Of a stretch of 64,000 nucleotides of DNA, positions 26,401 to 38,871 are shown one piece after another. A program made the translations under genes and the position numbers. The DNA lies in assembly GCA_002633005.1 (NCBI GenBank), contig NMRA01000418.1:79330-143329 (forward strand), given 5' to 3'. A model generated the notes under the pieces. It saw only the letters and a program-made list of their open reading frames with translations. It was not told where the DNA came from and searched no databases. The stretch comes from Phoronis australis (lineage: Eukaryota; Animalia; Phoronida). Within the stretch, counting starts at the first letter, position 1. Each line of letters starts with the position of its first letter.

Positions 26401-26981
26401 CAATTGGAGGCACAAGCAGGCCTTTATCCAGGATTTCGAAAATAGGGTGTCCAAAATGGGTTTCCAGTATTCCAGGGCGACCTTGTTACCGACGCGTACT
26501 CCCACCCCCAGGACCGTTCACCAGCAACCCCCCACACAGATTTTTTTACAAAAAATGCATAGTGACGAAGGTTTTTACATCGAAGTTTACAAAACAGCCT
26601 TCTGTAGTGAGCTTTTTTACAAAAAATGTATAGACCCAGACTTTTACATCTGATTTTACGAAATCAGCCAAGTAGCTTACCAAAGAAATACTAGAGATAT
26701 TGGTTAAACCTAGGAACCAGTAAGAGACTGTTTCATAGGTCAAACGATGTGTGCATTGTTTTTCGTGATCTCAAGTCAAATTGATGTTATTGTTTGTCAC
26801 AGCGTTTTAATGTGCTTTAATATAGTGAAAAATGAGTAATCAGAGCTGCCGTTACAAAGCAAGAAAAATACACAGATGATGTGTGATTTATATTTTGGCA
26901 ACAGGTGTCACTGCTGTTCCATATTAAAACATTAAAACGCACATTGAACAACGTGAAATGAGCGCAAACTCAAAACAATTA

Positions 26982-28778
26982 CCTAAACGTTCGGGTTAAT
27001 GCCCATGCTCAGTTAACCACCCAACCCCTAATTTTAGGTGGATTTTAGATTTAACCGCCCACTGCTCGGTTAAGCACCCCCTGCGATTTTTGAAGATTTC
27101 CAGTTAAGCGCCCAACTCTCGGTTAAGCGCCCATCCCCGACTTTTAAAGAATGAAGATTTAGCGCCCAGAGCTAAGGAAACGCGCGATTCCCCGACTTTT
27201 AGAAAAAGATCGATGATCACAATGAGCCCAACGACGCCGGGCCTCCGAGACGGTGGTTTAGCAATGTGAATTGCAATTATACAAGTAACGAGTTATTGTC
27301 TTAGGTCATGGACTCACTTCAAAATATAATACTTGAACGTCTTTGTCACTTTATTTTCTTCCCATGTTTGCAAAGTATAAGAACGCCGCCGGCGTCAAAA
27401 CCTCCGCTTTCAGCGACTTTGTCTGCCGCGCTGAGCTTTCGTCTGCAGTGCACTTGATAAAACATATATTCGAAAAAATCAGGCCAGAGAAATGAGACAA
27501 TGGTTAAAAGTTTATAGTCACGCCCGTTTCTGTTACTTAGGACTGTCGCTACTCTCTTTTGATGTGTGACTTTGTAGTGGTACACGCGCGCAAGTTCCCA
27601 CACTTTGGAGTGCATGTTACCTTGACACCAACACGTGATTGATAGGTGACTCGCACGTAGGCCCTACGCGCGTGCTGAATCCCGCCGCTATCTTTGGCCA
27701 TAAAAAACGAGATGCATATTGAAAGAGGCTGTTATAATACTTGACGGCATTTCCAAGTCACGATTGTCAGCCGACTGAGACATTGCGCGCCAACAACGGG
27801 ACCGAACAGTGCCGCTGTGCGATATTGCAAGTGATATAAATACGATAATCTGGACATCTTGCATGAAAAACTAAATGTTTTTCCACCACGAGGTTTGGTA
27901 AGGTGATCGTTTATGAATTGAAACATCGCTGTTTTGTAGCGTTTTATCACATATTGATGCCGTGGCTCGAAATTTTATTCTTGATTAACGAGTGGCACAC
28001 GGCCGCTTAACCCCGATTCTTGTCTTGGGCCTACTTCTTTGCCGAGCATGTTTGGCGTAACGGCAAGTTAGCAATGCCGGGCAGTCGAGATAAAACAACA
28101 AGGCCGCAGAACCATACGCTGAAAATGTCATTGAGTCACGGAGTGTTGACTATAAACATCCCAAACACAAAAAACATCTGAATTAAGGTTTTCAAACATT
28201 TATTACAACCAATTTTAAAACTGCTCTCTGACTACGAACTTGGCAGCTACTGTAACCATAAATTTGATGTCTGCTGTAACCTCTGCAACACGTGAAGCTT
28301 GCACGCGCGCACTTTAGCAAGATGAAGTAGTTGCAATCCAAGTAGAGGCTGCGTGGTCACTGGTCGTCTGCGCTCTACAGGGCTAAATAACAAGACCGCA
28401 GGGCGTCACGGGGCTATTACTCAGCAATTCTGTAAATTTAATAGTGAATAACTAATCTGAGGACATGATAACCTTTGTTAGGATCATCCGCTGTTATGAC
28501 ATTTTTCCCGTCATGTGGCGACGTGACGATAACGCTCTTTGAAAAGTGCGACTCGTTCCGAGTAGGCCTACGTGTGTGGTGTGGGTACTTAGATCACGAG
28601 GTAAGATTAACCGCCCAGGGCGCTTGCCTGTCGTAATAAGCGCCCATGTTCGGTTAACCGCCCACCCTGGATTTTTTGAAGTTTCACGTTTAAGCGCCCA
28701 TGTCTGGTTAACCGCCCACCCCCGATTTTTTGGTTTTGCCAATTTAACCGCCCAGGGCGTTAACCCGAACGCTTACGG
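26982..28778. mobile_element. Tc1/mariner (pogo/Tc2-like) non-autonomous element
   Basis: TA|CC-TAAACGTTCGGGTTAATGCCC ... GGGCGTTAACCCGAACGCTTACGG|TA, with multiple subterminal GTTAA(G/C)CGCCC repeats at both ends. Confidence 0.72.
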
Positions 28779-28946
28779 TAAATGGGCATATTCTTGAGGC
28801 ACAACACTGTATTAAAATCAGGGTTTCCCCAGCGTGTAAACTTCTGGGCAGCCCGCCACGCTCCTTTTTGGCCCCGCCACTCGTAAATCATACTCAAATT
28901 GACCGCCAAACACCTAATTGTGACGGGAAACCTCACCGCCACGCAA

Positions 28947-29027
28947 AGATCGCTGGTAAAAATGATCGCTCCTGGTAAAAATGATCGCTCCTGGTAAAAA
29001 TGATCGCTAGTAAAAATGATCGCTAGT
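28947..29027 (+). repeat. Minisatellite (AAAAATGATCGCT core, about 5 units)
   Basis: Direct inspection. Confidence 0.85.
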
Positions 29028-29274
29028 AATTATGAATAAGTACAAGTCACACCGCACCTTTCGATGTTTGTGGATCGAAAAGGAAAAACAATAATTTACA
29101 ATGGGATCTTGAATTGTGCCGCGGTTAAACAGTCATTCAATCACCAATGTTCTTTCGTACCTCGTGATTTCTGTCTGGTTATCTAACAACGCATATAAAA
29201 TCGATACAACCGGGGACCAGGCAACGACTTCGATACGAATCTTGTTAAATGGGAAAGCGCCAGGGCTCGCTTAA

Positions 29275-30836
29275 AGTCCTTGTCTCACGCGTTGTTAACC
29301 CTTATTACATGGTTAGAAGATGTTATAAGGATCCAAGAAGTACTTACCCCAAAACTAATACACGATCCGTACTCGAAAACAGTTTAAATGAACGCGCCAC
29401 TCACGATTCGCACCCGAAGAAACACCGCCATTTTGAACTTGCCGCGAACCCGGAAGTATAATTCATTCAGGAACCCAGGCCGAGAAAACGCCGTCAGCGA
29501 GTGCGACTGGAGCAGTGCCTGTACTGTTACCAGCCAGCAAACGGGGATAAAAAATCGACAGCGCGCCTTAATTTTGATAAAATCAAACTACCGACAATTT
29601 TATGGAATTTGCTGAAGAAATGTGGCGAATAAATTTTGACAGAAATTATTTTGCCAGACTCGGGACCGCAGCCTATCGGACCCGGTGCGGATCGAGACCA
29701 GACACTGGCGAACGCTAAATGCATGCGGTTGCAAGCTGTTTTGTCGAAGTAAAATGGTCAAATGATAAATGCTGCATATTTTCAAAGGTAGTTTTAGACA
29801 CTTGCATGAAATTACGGGCTGCCTAGTCCTGTGTCACACTGCTGGCCACAAACACAAAAAACACGAAAATTGAACAAAGTTTCTTTTTTGTAGCAACGTT
29901 TGTCAAAATGTATCAACGTTAAATCTTCACAAATTACAAAGTAGCCGATTGAACATGCCTTTCAGTTCAGCAAAAGTCGACATTGTAGGTGCTGCCAGAA
30001 ATGAGACGATCGAAGTCCAACGGGAATTGTGAGCACATTTATCACTTAATGAGAAACAACTGGGAGGCTGAAATTTGGTGAACACTGCTAAATCGTGCAG
30101 AATAGTAAGTAAAGATATGTCTAACTCAATTTTGCCGTAATTTGTTGGCGAAAACAATTACACAAAGTTTTAAACTCGTAACTCATCCCGCTGTCCTCCA
30201 ATATGGCCGACGCGATCCAAACAAAGTGACCCAAATTTCGCCACAAAACTTGCAATAACTTTACAGTGCTTGCCCCGATTTTGATACTTTTTCGATTTTT
30301 ACTGAGTAGAATGTACTACCTTTCCGATGATAGCAAAGTACTTTTTCAAAACGAGGAAAAAAATAAAACCCAAAAAAAATTGGTTCGACCCATATTGGTT
30401 CCTAGGTTCGACCCGCCTACGTAAGGAACTAAACACCAATGCTATTTTAACATACTAAGTACGCGTAACATTCCAAAAAAATCAACGACCACTAACTACA
30501 AACTATAAATACACTACATATGCAAACGAATCACGATATATTACAAATAAAAAAAATAATGAAGACTTTTCGAGCAAGCCATAGCACATTCAGTTACAAG
30601 GAAAAAATGGCGGCGTTCAGGACAAGTTCCTGAACTGATGAGCCGGAAATGTGGGTACGGAAATAACCGATGACAACCGGTAATCATACGCTCAGAGAGA
30701 AGGGTCAAATACTGTTACAAAATCGCTTTTGGCAAGAAAGGCGAAAAGAATATAAAGAAAGGGTGTCGAAAATAAGAATTTACGTAGTAAGTATTTTCGG
30801 ATACTGGAACCACATGGGCAGTTTGCAACAAGGACT
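29275..30836 (+). mobile_element. Non-autonomous Kolobok-type element (1.56 kb)
   Basis: TTAA|AGTCCTTGT ... ACAAGGACT|TTAA; a second, inverted copy lies at 48943-50544. Confidence 0.88.
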
Positions 30837-33720
30837 TTAATGAAGTAAGAAACAGCAAGATTTCTGCTTCATTCGTTTTTATTGTGTCCGAGTTCACAAA
30901 AGACATTGTGAATTATACTGCAGGGCGTGACATCCAACCATAGCCCTGCGCCAAATTTACGATATTGAATGTTAACCAGTCTCAGATTCGTCAGCATGGA
31001 CTGGATTATTACATCGTCTGCTACGCCAGGCAATGCTAATCCACTATCACTGTTATGTTTAAAAGAGACAGTATCAACGGAAGTTTCGTTACACAAATTA
31101 GTTTATAACGTCTGCAAAGTTCAAATATTTTTTGTTCTATGTTTGTCACTTCGTGGATAACTGAATTTTAACACTGTTTTTTGTACTCAAGTGCGACAGA
31201 GATCACACTAAGCTGGACACTCCATTGCCAAATTGTCTTGCAAAGTGTACTTTACCCAGATACTTCCACTACATGATGCTCGGGTTAAGGTCTTGTCTAT
31301 GTTGTCTATGATGAGCAAACTGCACCCAATTACTGTACATCTAATTTTCAAATTTTGCCTGCGGGGAAGGCCTCTCCCAACCCCCCCCCCCCATGGGAGG
31401 ATCTCACTTCATCCCACGCTTGCATGTGATGCCGGGTTCTGCATCCGCGTTGATCATTCACCACCACGCTCCTTTCGAAACCCAGCTAATAGGGGGGTCC
31501 AATTTCTCATATTTGCGTGCGGCAACAGGTTTTGCATCCCGTTTTGGCCATTCACCACCATGCTCCTTGCAAAACCCAAGGGAAACATTGAAAATAATGA
31601 CATTTATTTCACGTATTTTGGTGTTTTTAAAAAAAGGATGAAAAGCATGAAGTTACAGCTCTGAAACACCAGTATGGAGTCGTGCTAAGATATAAACCCT
31701 ACATATACATAGGCTATAGTAATGCCCTGTGGAGATAAGACCTCTGGGAGCATGATAAGCTAGCAGTGGAAGAAACTTTGACAACCAATTCTGTTGCAGC
31801 TTGAAAGATATTGTAGATGTTCAACCAAGTATGAACATGGCAACATTGTATATAATTTGTATACTTCTTTGAAAAAAGACTGTGAGCTCACTTCTCCTTT
31901 CAGCTCTGTGTCTAGGCTTCTTAGTAATCATTACAATGAGTGTTTCCAAACTTACAAGGGTTCCGATTGACAGTGGGACGTCCAGAATAGTGCTGAGGGC
32001 GTCCAAATGGACGCCCAGGATGTACGCTGCGTGAAGGCCTGGGCACAAGTGTTTTTATAAGCCTTGGTTTGTAAAGGATTAAGATTTATTAGAGTCTGAT
32101 TAATAACGTAGAAAATAGATCTGAAACTAAATAAGGTGATCCAGATCCTCCCAAGGATACTATTGTTTCACGAATTGTAGAAAAACAACAAGAATGGATC
32201 AACTGAAATTTGCGGATGTGTCAACAGAAACAGAAATAAAGTACAATCAAACACTGTATGACAATTGACATTTAAGATGTGGTGTAATGAATATGATACA
32301 TTTTTGCATAAAAAATTCAATGTTATAATTTAAAGAACATTGTTCTCTTTTGAGTCTGTGAGGGGTACATAATACATAAAAACAATTCTCAGACTGATAC
32401 TATAGGTAATCATTTCAATTCCAAAAACCATAATATTCAAGATCTTTCTGTACAAATAATAGAAAAACTCTAACACCCCAGTACCCCTTAGAAAATGCCC
32501 AAAAATGACGGGATATTCTTTTTGAGCTGAATTACACACGCCCTATCAACACCGTTTCACCATTCTTATCGCACAATTTCTTGAGCTGTGGACTAAAATA
32601 AGTTTTACATGACACCGTATTGTTTGTTGGGTAAAATGGCAGCTTGGAAACGCAGACGAACGTGTATCAAGAATGCTGAAATCTGAATGGTCAGTTAAGC
32701 CGTCAGTCGCAATCCTGTGGCGTGTTTTCAGTAATGCTTATACCTGCGCTAGGACCTAGCTAAAATCTTGCCAATGTCACGTGATTTCATTTAAAATACA
32801 TGGCATTATCTCACGTAATCTTGCAAAGTGTTGCTTTTTAGCGAGGTCCTAGCGTTACTGAACGGGAGGCTGGTGATAGGTCAATTCATGTCGCGTTTGC
32901 CAAAAGGGCATTCTGTAGAAGAGGTATACAAAAATTGCGTTCAAAAGGTTTTTTCACAGAAAAATACTCTCCAAAATGGTGCCATTTTCTACAAAATTAT
33001 ATCTAAAAGGTGCCGTTCCTGAATTTCTGGAACAAAAGTGTGCGAAAATGTGTACTTTTACAAAAATTAGTCTCAACATGGGTCACTTTTTGTCCAAGCG
33101 CACTCTATAAACGGGTACGCATTCAAATTTTTCGGTCGGCATTACTCGTACAAAAATTACTCCAGCCGGATGATCGTATTACGAGAAAATCAAAACGATA
33201 CATGATTCAGTTTATGTACAACGCTAAGCGCATGCTAATCTATAGCTGGTCAGCATTTCTGACATTCTTCAATGTTCACAAAGGCTGCCGCTACATTTGA
33301 AGATGGGCCAACCCGATCCAAACAAGTGGCCCACAATTCGTCACGAAAACTGCAATAGCTTTGCAATGCTTGCTTTAACCAGATTGTTATGATAATTTTT
33401 GGACTATTATTGAGTGGGATTTGATTCCACCGCCACCTTGGCCTGATTGCCTACTTGATCGGAACCGCCAGTGCCACAGGCGTCCTAAAATTCTGGTCGT
33501 CCCCAGAAAAGATCATACGCTAAGCCTAGGCTAAGAAATAAGGAATCATACACACATCGCGTCGGACTAGTGACTAATGTAGTGGGCTGGTTCCACCGTC
33601 GTCAACCGGACAAGTATGGCACTGAAATTGAATTGAATCAGTCTGAGCTTGAACTGAAGCATTACTATAGACCATAGTGTGGCTTGAAAAACATTTTGAC
33701 AGAATAGCTTACGAGATTAC

Positions 33721-33772
33721 CTTTTGAACAGAGTAAGAAACAGCAAATGGCCAACAACGTTTGTTGTTCCAT
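33721..33772 (-). CDS. Gene A exon 1: signal peptide of an Ig-superfamily surface protein
   Basis: ATG at 33772 reads MEQQTLLAICCFLLCSK+G|gtaat (52 nt, phase 1). It splices in frame to 22778 (G+AA=E) to give MEQQTLLAICCFLLCSKEIFVSA-LSVTT, a hydrophobic core with a VSA cleavage motif. Confidence 0.75.
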
Positions 33773-34470
33773 TCTGATGTTGCTCTGGACGAATTCAGTG
33801 CTGATGAATGTACACTGTACAGTGCATGACAGACAATAGACGGTATTATGAGCAGACGATTAACTTATTAGGCGCTAAAGCACGGTTTCTCCCAGTTATC
33901 GCTAGATAGCGCTGCTATCTGCGACACTAGCTGGTCCCTGCGTGTCGCCAAATCTGTTGACCAAGCACCATGACCTACATTCCACAGCTCCTGATGTGGG
34001 ATGGCACGTGCTTTTCCGCACGACAGGCATCAACCAGGACAGTGGCGGATCTACGGGGGGGTTCAGGGTGTTTATACCCCCGTTGAGCCAGGACCTACAA
34101 AAAGTAAAAGACAAAGACGTCTCCAGCAAAACAAAAACCGACGACACCGCCAGCGTGTGTAAACCCCAAGTAAACCAACTTGGAAAAAATTGAGAGGGGG
34201 TTCACTCTGAAAATATGTTGTTTTTTGCATTGCTTTGCGAATTGCTGTATATGAAAATCAACGCATTTCAAGTCTTCCTGGCTCATCCGGCAAAACGTGC
34301 TTCCTTCGACAATCATTCCAGTGAACTGAGTAGCCAAGCATTTTAGAAACTTCACCACTCAGCCGAAAGAGCAGCCCTATAGCTGATTTCTTTAGGGAAC
34401 TAGCTTCTTTACTCTAAGATATGTTTTGATTTAATCAGGGGAAATACTGTGGTGCTGCAACGATAAGGCG

Positions 34471-36828
34471 CAGGGGCGGATCTACGTTTTCAGCAAGGGG
34501 GGGTTTAGGATTCCTGCCAAGGTCGAATCCTAGGCGCGTGGCTCCGAGCGGGGGGAGGTCGGGAGGGGGGTTCCCCTCCCGTGTAAGAATTTTTTTTGTT
34601 TTTGTAGCCAAACAGTGAAATTTCCATGCATCCCGGTAAGTTTCTGGCACTTAACATGTCTCTGGAGTTTTTCTTAAGATAATTAAAAACCCTTCTCGAT
34701 TTCGTCACATGAACTTGGCACATAAGTTTCGTGAAACCATATTGTGCACATCTGGGTATGAGTCACGCCACCAGCAAAAATTTTTGTTGGAACATCTGCT
34801 TACACACACCTTTTTTAGCATACGAAAAGTCGTATACGAAAAAGTGTGGTGTGTATACAGGGGTTTAGACAATTTCCAAATATTCAAGAGCATAATTAAG
34901 GAGCACCGACGGGGCGTAAAAACTTGAATATCAGATGATCGCGTAACAGCAGCCTCAAGTTGTTTAAGAACGAAGACCTGTACTGTTAGTCCGGAAATAA
35001 ACATGTGTTCTGTCTCGTTACGAGAAAAACTGGCGAACGATGGTGCTCTCAACTCATAGTCTATTATTAAAAGCGACAATAAATAATTAGGTATCACTTT
35101 ATTAAGCTGAATCACGTTGACAACAATTGAAAAACGTCAAATCTATCAGGAAACAAATCATCTGAAAACAGTTTCACGAAACCAAAACATCCTGTGCACA
35201 GTGGTGAAAAGATACACTGGACTAGTTTGCAGAGGGACCAGATGTACACTGAGAGTACACAAAAAGCTGACCTGGTCCGTCACGAGACCAAGAGTACACC
35301 TGTGCTTATTATCCCTATAAAAATAGTCGATCTGTCGCGGGACCAAACAGTACTGGCTGAGATAAATAGTTTTACAAAGCACACTTTGGTAAAAAAATCA
35401 CAAGACTAGTTCGCCGAGGGACCAGAAGTACACTGAAACTCAACATCTACACAAATCAAGCTGGCCTGGTCCGTCGCGAGACCTAAAGTGTACTATGCAA
35501 AAAATTTTGAATTGAAAACTTCTCTCTAAAATTTTAATCCCCAGTGGTTACTCATACGTTAGGCCTATCCTTCTGTTGTCTAGACTACTGAGGAATTTGT
35601 ATATCGGATCCAATGATTTGCTCGTCTTGGAACCATTCTACCCAGATATCTTCGATGTTTGTTCCCAACGCTTGCACTTCGTCAACTGCTGTGTCAATGA
35701 GCTTGTAAGCCTCTACAATGTCAGCATCTCGTTTCGCAGCTCAGTTGACACTAAGACCCTTGAGGTTGCCAAGTCCATTCAAAAGACTTACATGCGCAAC
35801 TAAATTTGATCCGTTCATCATGGACTACTTCAAACCTTGACGATGAATCCCAGGACCTATTTGCATCTCTTGCAATTTTCGAAATAAACGTCCCAATGTC
35901 TGAACGCTTGAAACCCGAAGTACTAATATCAAATAAATGCCCATGGGCATGAGCGTTTCATCGGGTGAGCCTTTCTGCGGAAATTCCCAGTATAGAAGAC
36001 GGCAGTGTGCTTATTGCAAGTAGACAGACGGTAGGTGTTGAGGTCGGAACTAGGGCTCCTTAGGAGGCCTATTGAACATCGCACGAGTCCCGCAAGAGTT
36101 TGTTGTGAAAGAACAACCTCCCCGCAATTTCTGGTACTGTACACTTTTCGCGAATGCGGTCACTTTCTCAATGTGAGTGCCCCCTTATTCATTCCTTGTA
36201 TAGACATAACTTGTTATAGAGTGTGTCTTCAAACGGACTCGCGACCAGACCACGGCGCCCGCCACAATAGCAATTCTTCGGAAAAAGATTTTTTTTCAAA
36301 AATATTACATGTACAGTGTACATGTACACAATATTACATGTACATGAACACTGTACGATATTGCGCAAGACAACTTTACTATACACCAGTTACAAACGTG
36401 TTGAGTTTAATAGAATGACACGGCATGACAGATGAGGTAAAAACGTTGCACGTCAATTTGCCTGAATATCAGGGTTGCGGCACCGCAGTATTTCCCCTAA
36501 TCAAATCAAAATGCAATATATCTTAGAGTAAAAAAGCTAGTTACCTAAAGAAATCAGCTATAGAACTGCTCTTTCAGCGGTGAATCCATCTAAAATGCTT
36601 GGCTACTTCAGAAGTGTCGACGGAAGCGCGCGCACAATAAATCCCCGCGCATTTTGCCGATGAGCCACAAAGACTCGGCAATTCACAATGCAAAAAACTA
36701 TATTTTCAGAGTGAACCCCCCCCCTCAATTTTTTCCAAGTTGGTTTACTTGGGGTTTACACACGCTGGCGGTGCCGTTTTTGTTTTGCTGGAGGCGCTTT
36801 TNACCCCCCCCCCGTAGATCCGCCACTG
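34471..36828 (-). mobile_element. Same hAT family, inner copy inserted in opposite orientation (2.36 kb)
   Basis: AGGCG|CAGGGGCGGATCTACG ... CGTAGATCCGCCACTG|AGGCG, a perfect 5-bp TSD. The minus-strand relic KRDADIVEAYKLIDTAVDEVQAL..NIEDIWVEWFQ...IP..SRQ (~35570-35760) resembles PRKRIR/THAP12-type hAT transposase. Confidence 0.85.
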
Positions 36829-37965
36829 AGGCGAATCTATAAGTTGACGTGCAGCGTTTTTACCCGTTCATCTTAGTCATGCCGTTTCATTCCATTGTAC
36901 CCCACACGTTTGTAAGTCGAATTTGACTGGTTTATAGTAAAGTTGTCTTGCGCAATATCATACAGTGTACATGTACATGTAATATTTTCGAAAAGAACTC
37001 GTTTTCCGAAGAATTGCCGCGTCGCGGGCGCACGGTGGCCTGGTCGCGAGTCCGTTTGAAGATGAACTCTAACAAGTAACATTGTATGTCTATACAAAGA
37101 ATGACCAAGGGGGCACTCACATTGACAAAGTGACCGCATTCGCGAACAGTGTACAGTACCAGAAATAGCGGGGAGGCTGTATTTTCACAGCAAAGTCTTA
37201 CGGGACTCGTGCGATGTTCAATAGGCCTCCTACGGAGCTCTAGTTCCGACCTCCGTCAACACCTACCGTCTTTCTACATGCAATAAGCACCAGTGCCGTC
37301 TTCTATACTGGGAATTTCCGCAGAAAGACCCACCCGATGAAACGCCCATGCCCATGGGCATTAGTACTTGGAGTTTCAAGCGTTCAGACAGAGACGTTTA
37401 TTCCGAAACTGCAAGCGATGCAAATAGGTCCTGGGATTCATCCTCTAGGTTTGAAGTAGTTCATGATGAAGGAATCAAATTTAGTTGCGCATGTAAGTCT
37501 TTTGAATGGACTTGGCAACCTCAGGGGGCTTAGTGCCAATTGAGCTTCGAAACGAGATGCTGACATTACATGTACAAGCGCATTGCCTTAGTCAGACACA
37601 GCAGTTGACGAAGTGCAAGCGTTGGGAATAAACATCGAAGATGTCTGGGTAGAATGGTTCCAAGACAGGCAAACCATTGGATTTGATATACAGATTCCTC
37701 GGCAGTCAAGACGACAGCAGGATACTAACTTAAGGTTAACGTTCCTGGAGAAACACCCACGTATTAAGTTATAATTCTACACAGTTTGTACATAATGTCG
37801 GTTTTTATGCTTGTGTACAATGGAAACGAAATAGAAATTATTTTTGGTCATGCCAAATTTACCCAATACTGTAGAGGGTCCACGAGCACACACAAACTGA
37901 TTCTGGTTTGTATTTCCACTTAATTGGCTCTATCTGCTTCATAACCAAAATCTATTTCACGTAGT

Positions 37966-38871
37966 CATAGGCGGATTTAGGGGGGGGGNNNNNNNNNNNN
38001 NNNNNNNNNNNNNNNNNNNNNNNNNNNNNNNNNNNNNNNNNNNNNNNNNNNNNNNNNNNNNNNNNNNNNNNNNNNNNNNNNNNNNNNNNNNNNNNNNNNN
38101 NNNNNNNNNNNNNNNNNNNNNNNNNNNNNNNNNNNNNNNNNNNNNNNNNNNNNNNNNNNNNNNNNNNNNNNNNNNNNNNNNNNNNNNNNNNNNNNNNNNN
38201 NNNNNNNNNNNNNNNNNNNNNNNNNNNNNNNNNNNNNNNNNNNNNNNNNNNNNNNNNNNNNNNNNNNNNNNNNNNNNNNNNNNNNNNNNNNNNNNNNNNN
38301 NNNNNNNNNNNNNNNNNNNNNNNNNNNNNNNNNNNNNNNNNNNNNNNNNNNNNNNNNNNNNNNNNNNNNNNNNNNNNNNNNNNNNNNNNNNNNNNNNNNN
38401 NNNNNNNNNNNNNNNNNNNNNNNNNNNNNNNNNNNNNNNNNNNNNNNNNNNNNNNNNNNNNNNNNNNNNNNNNNNNNNNNNNNNNNNNNNNNNNNNNNNN
38501 NNNNNNNNNNNNNNNNNNNNNNNNNNNNNNNNNNNNNNNNNNNNNNNNNNNNNNNNNNNNNNNNNNNNNNNNNNNNNNNNNNNNNNNNNNNNNNNNNNNN
38601 NNNNNNNNNNNNNNNNNNNNNNNNNNNNNNNNNNNNNNNNNNNNNNNNNNNNNNNNNNNNNNNNNNNNNNNNNNNNNNNNNNNNNNNNNNNNNNNNNNNN
38701 NNNNNNNNNNNNNNNNNNNNNNNNNNNNNNNNNNNNNNNNNNNNNNNNNNNNNNNNNNNNNNNNNNNNNNNNNNTGCTATGCGCATCTACAATCGTGGTT
38801 CAGTTTGCGCAAATGTTTACAGCCGGACAAAATGTTGGGCCCCCCCTTGTGATATCCTAGATCCGCCACTG
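37966..38871. mobile_element. hAT-like MITE with 6-bp TSD spanning the assembly gap
   Basis: CGTAGT|CATAGGCGGATTTAGG ... CCTAGATCCGCCACTG|CGTAGT; the interior is mostly N. Confidence 0.6.
37989..38773. other. Assembly gap (a second at 58190-58384; single-N joins at 36802, 42242, 47392, 62039)
   Basis: Runs of N. Confidence 0.99.

Noticed and set aside
37977-38786. 269-aa ORF, and the X-rich ORFs at 58022-58482
   Set aside because: Artefacts of N gaps; only the THAP start at 57979 is real.
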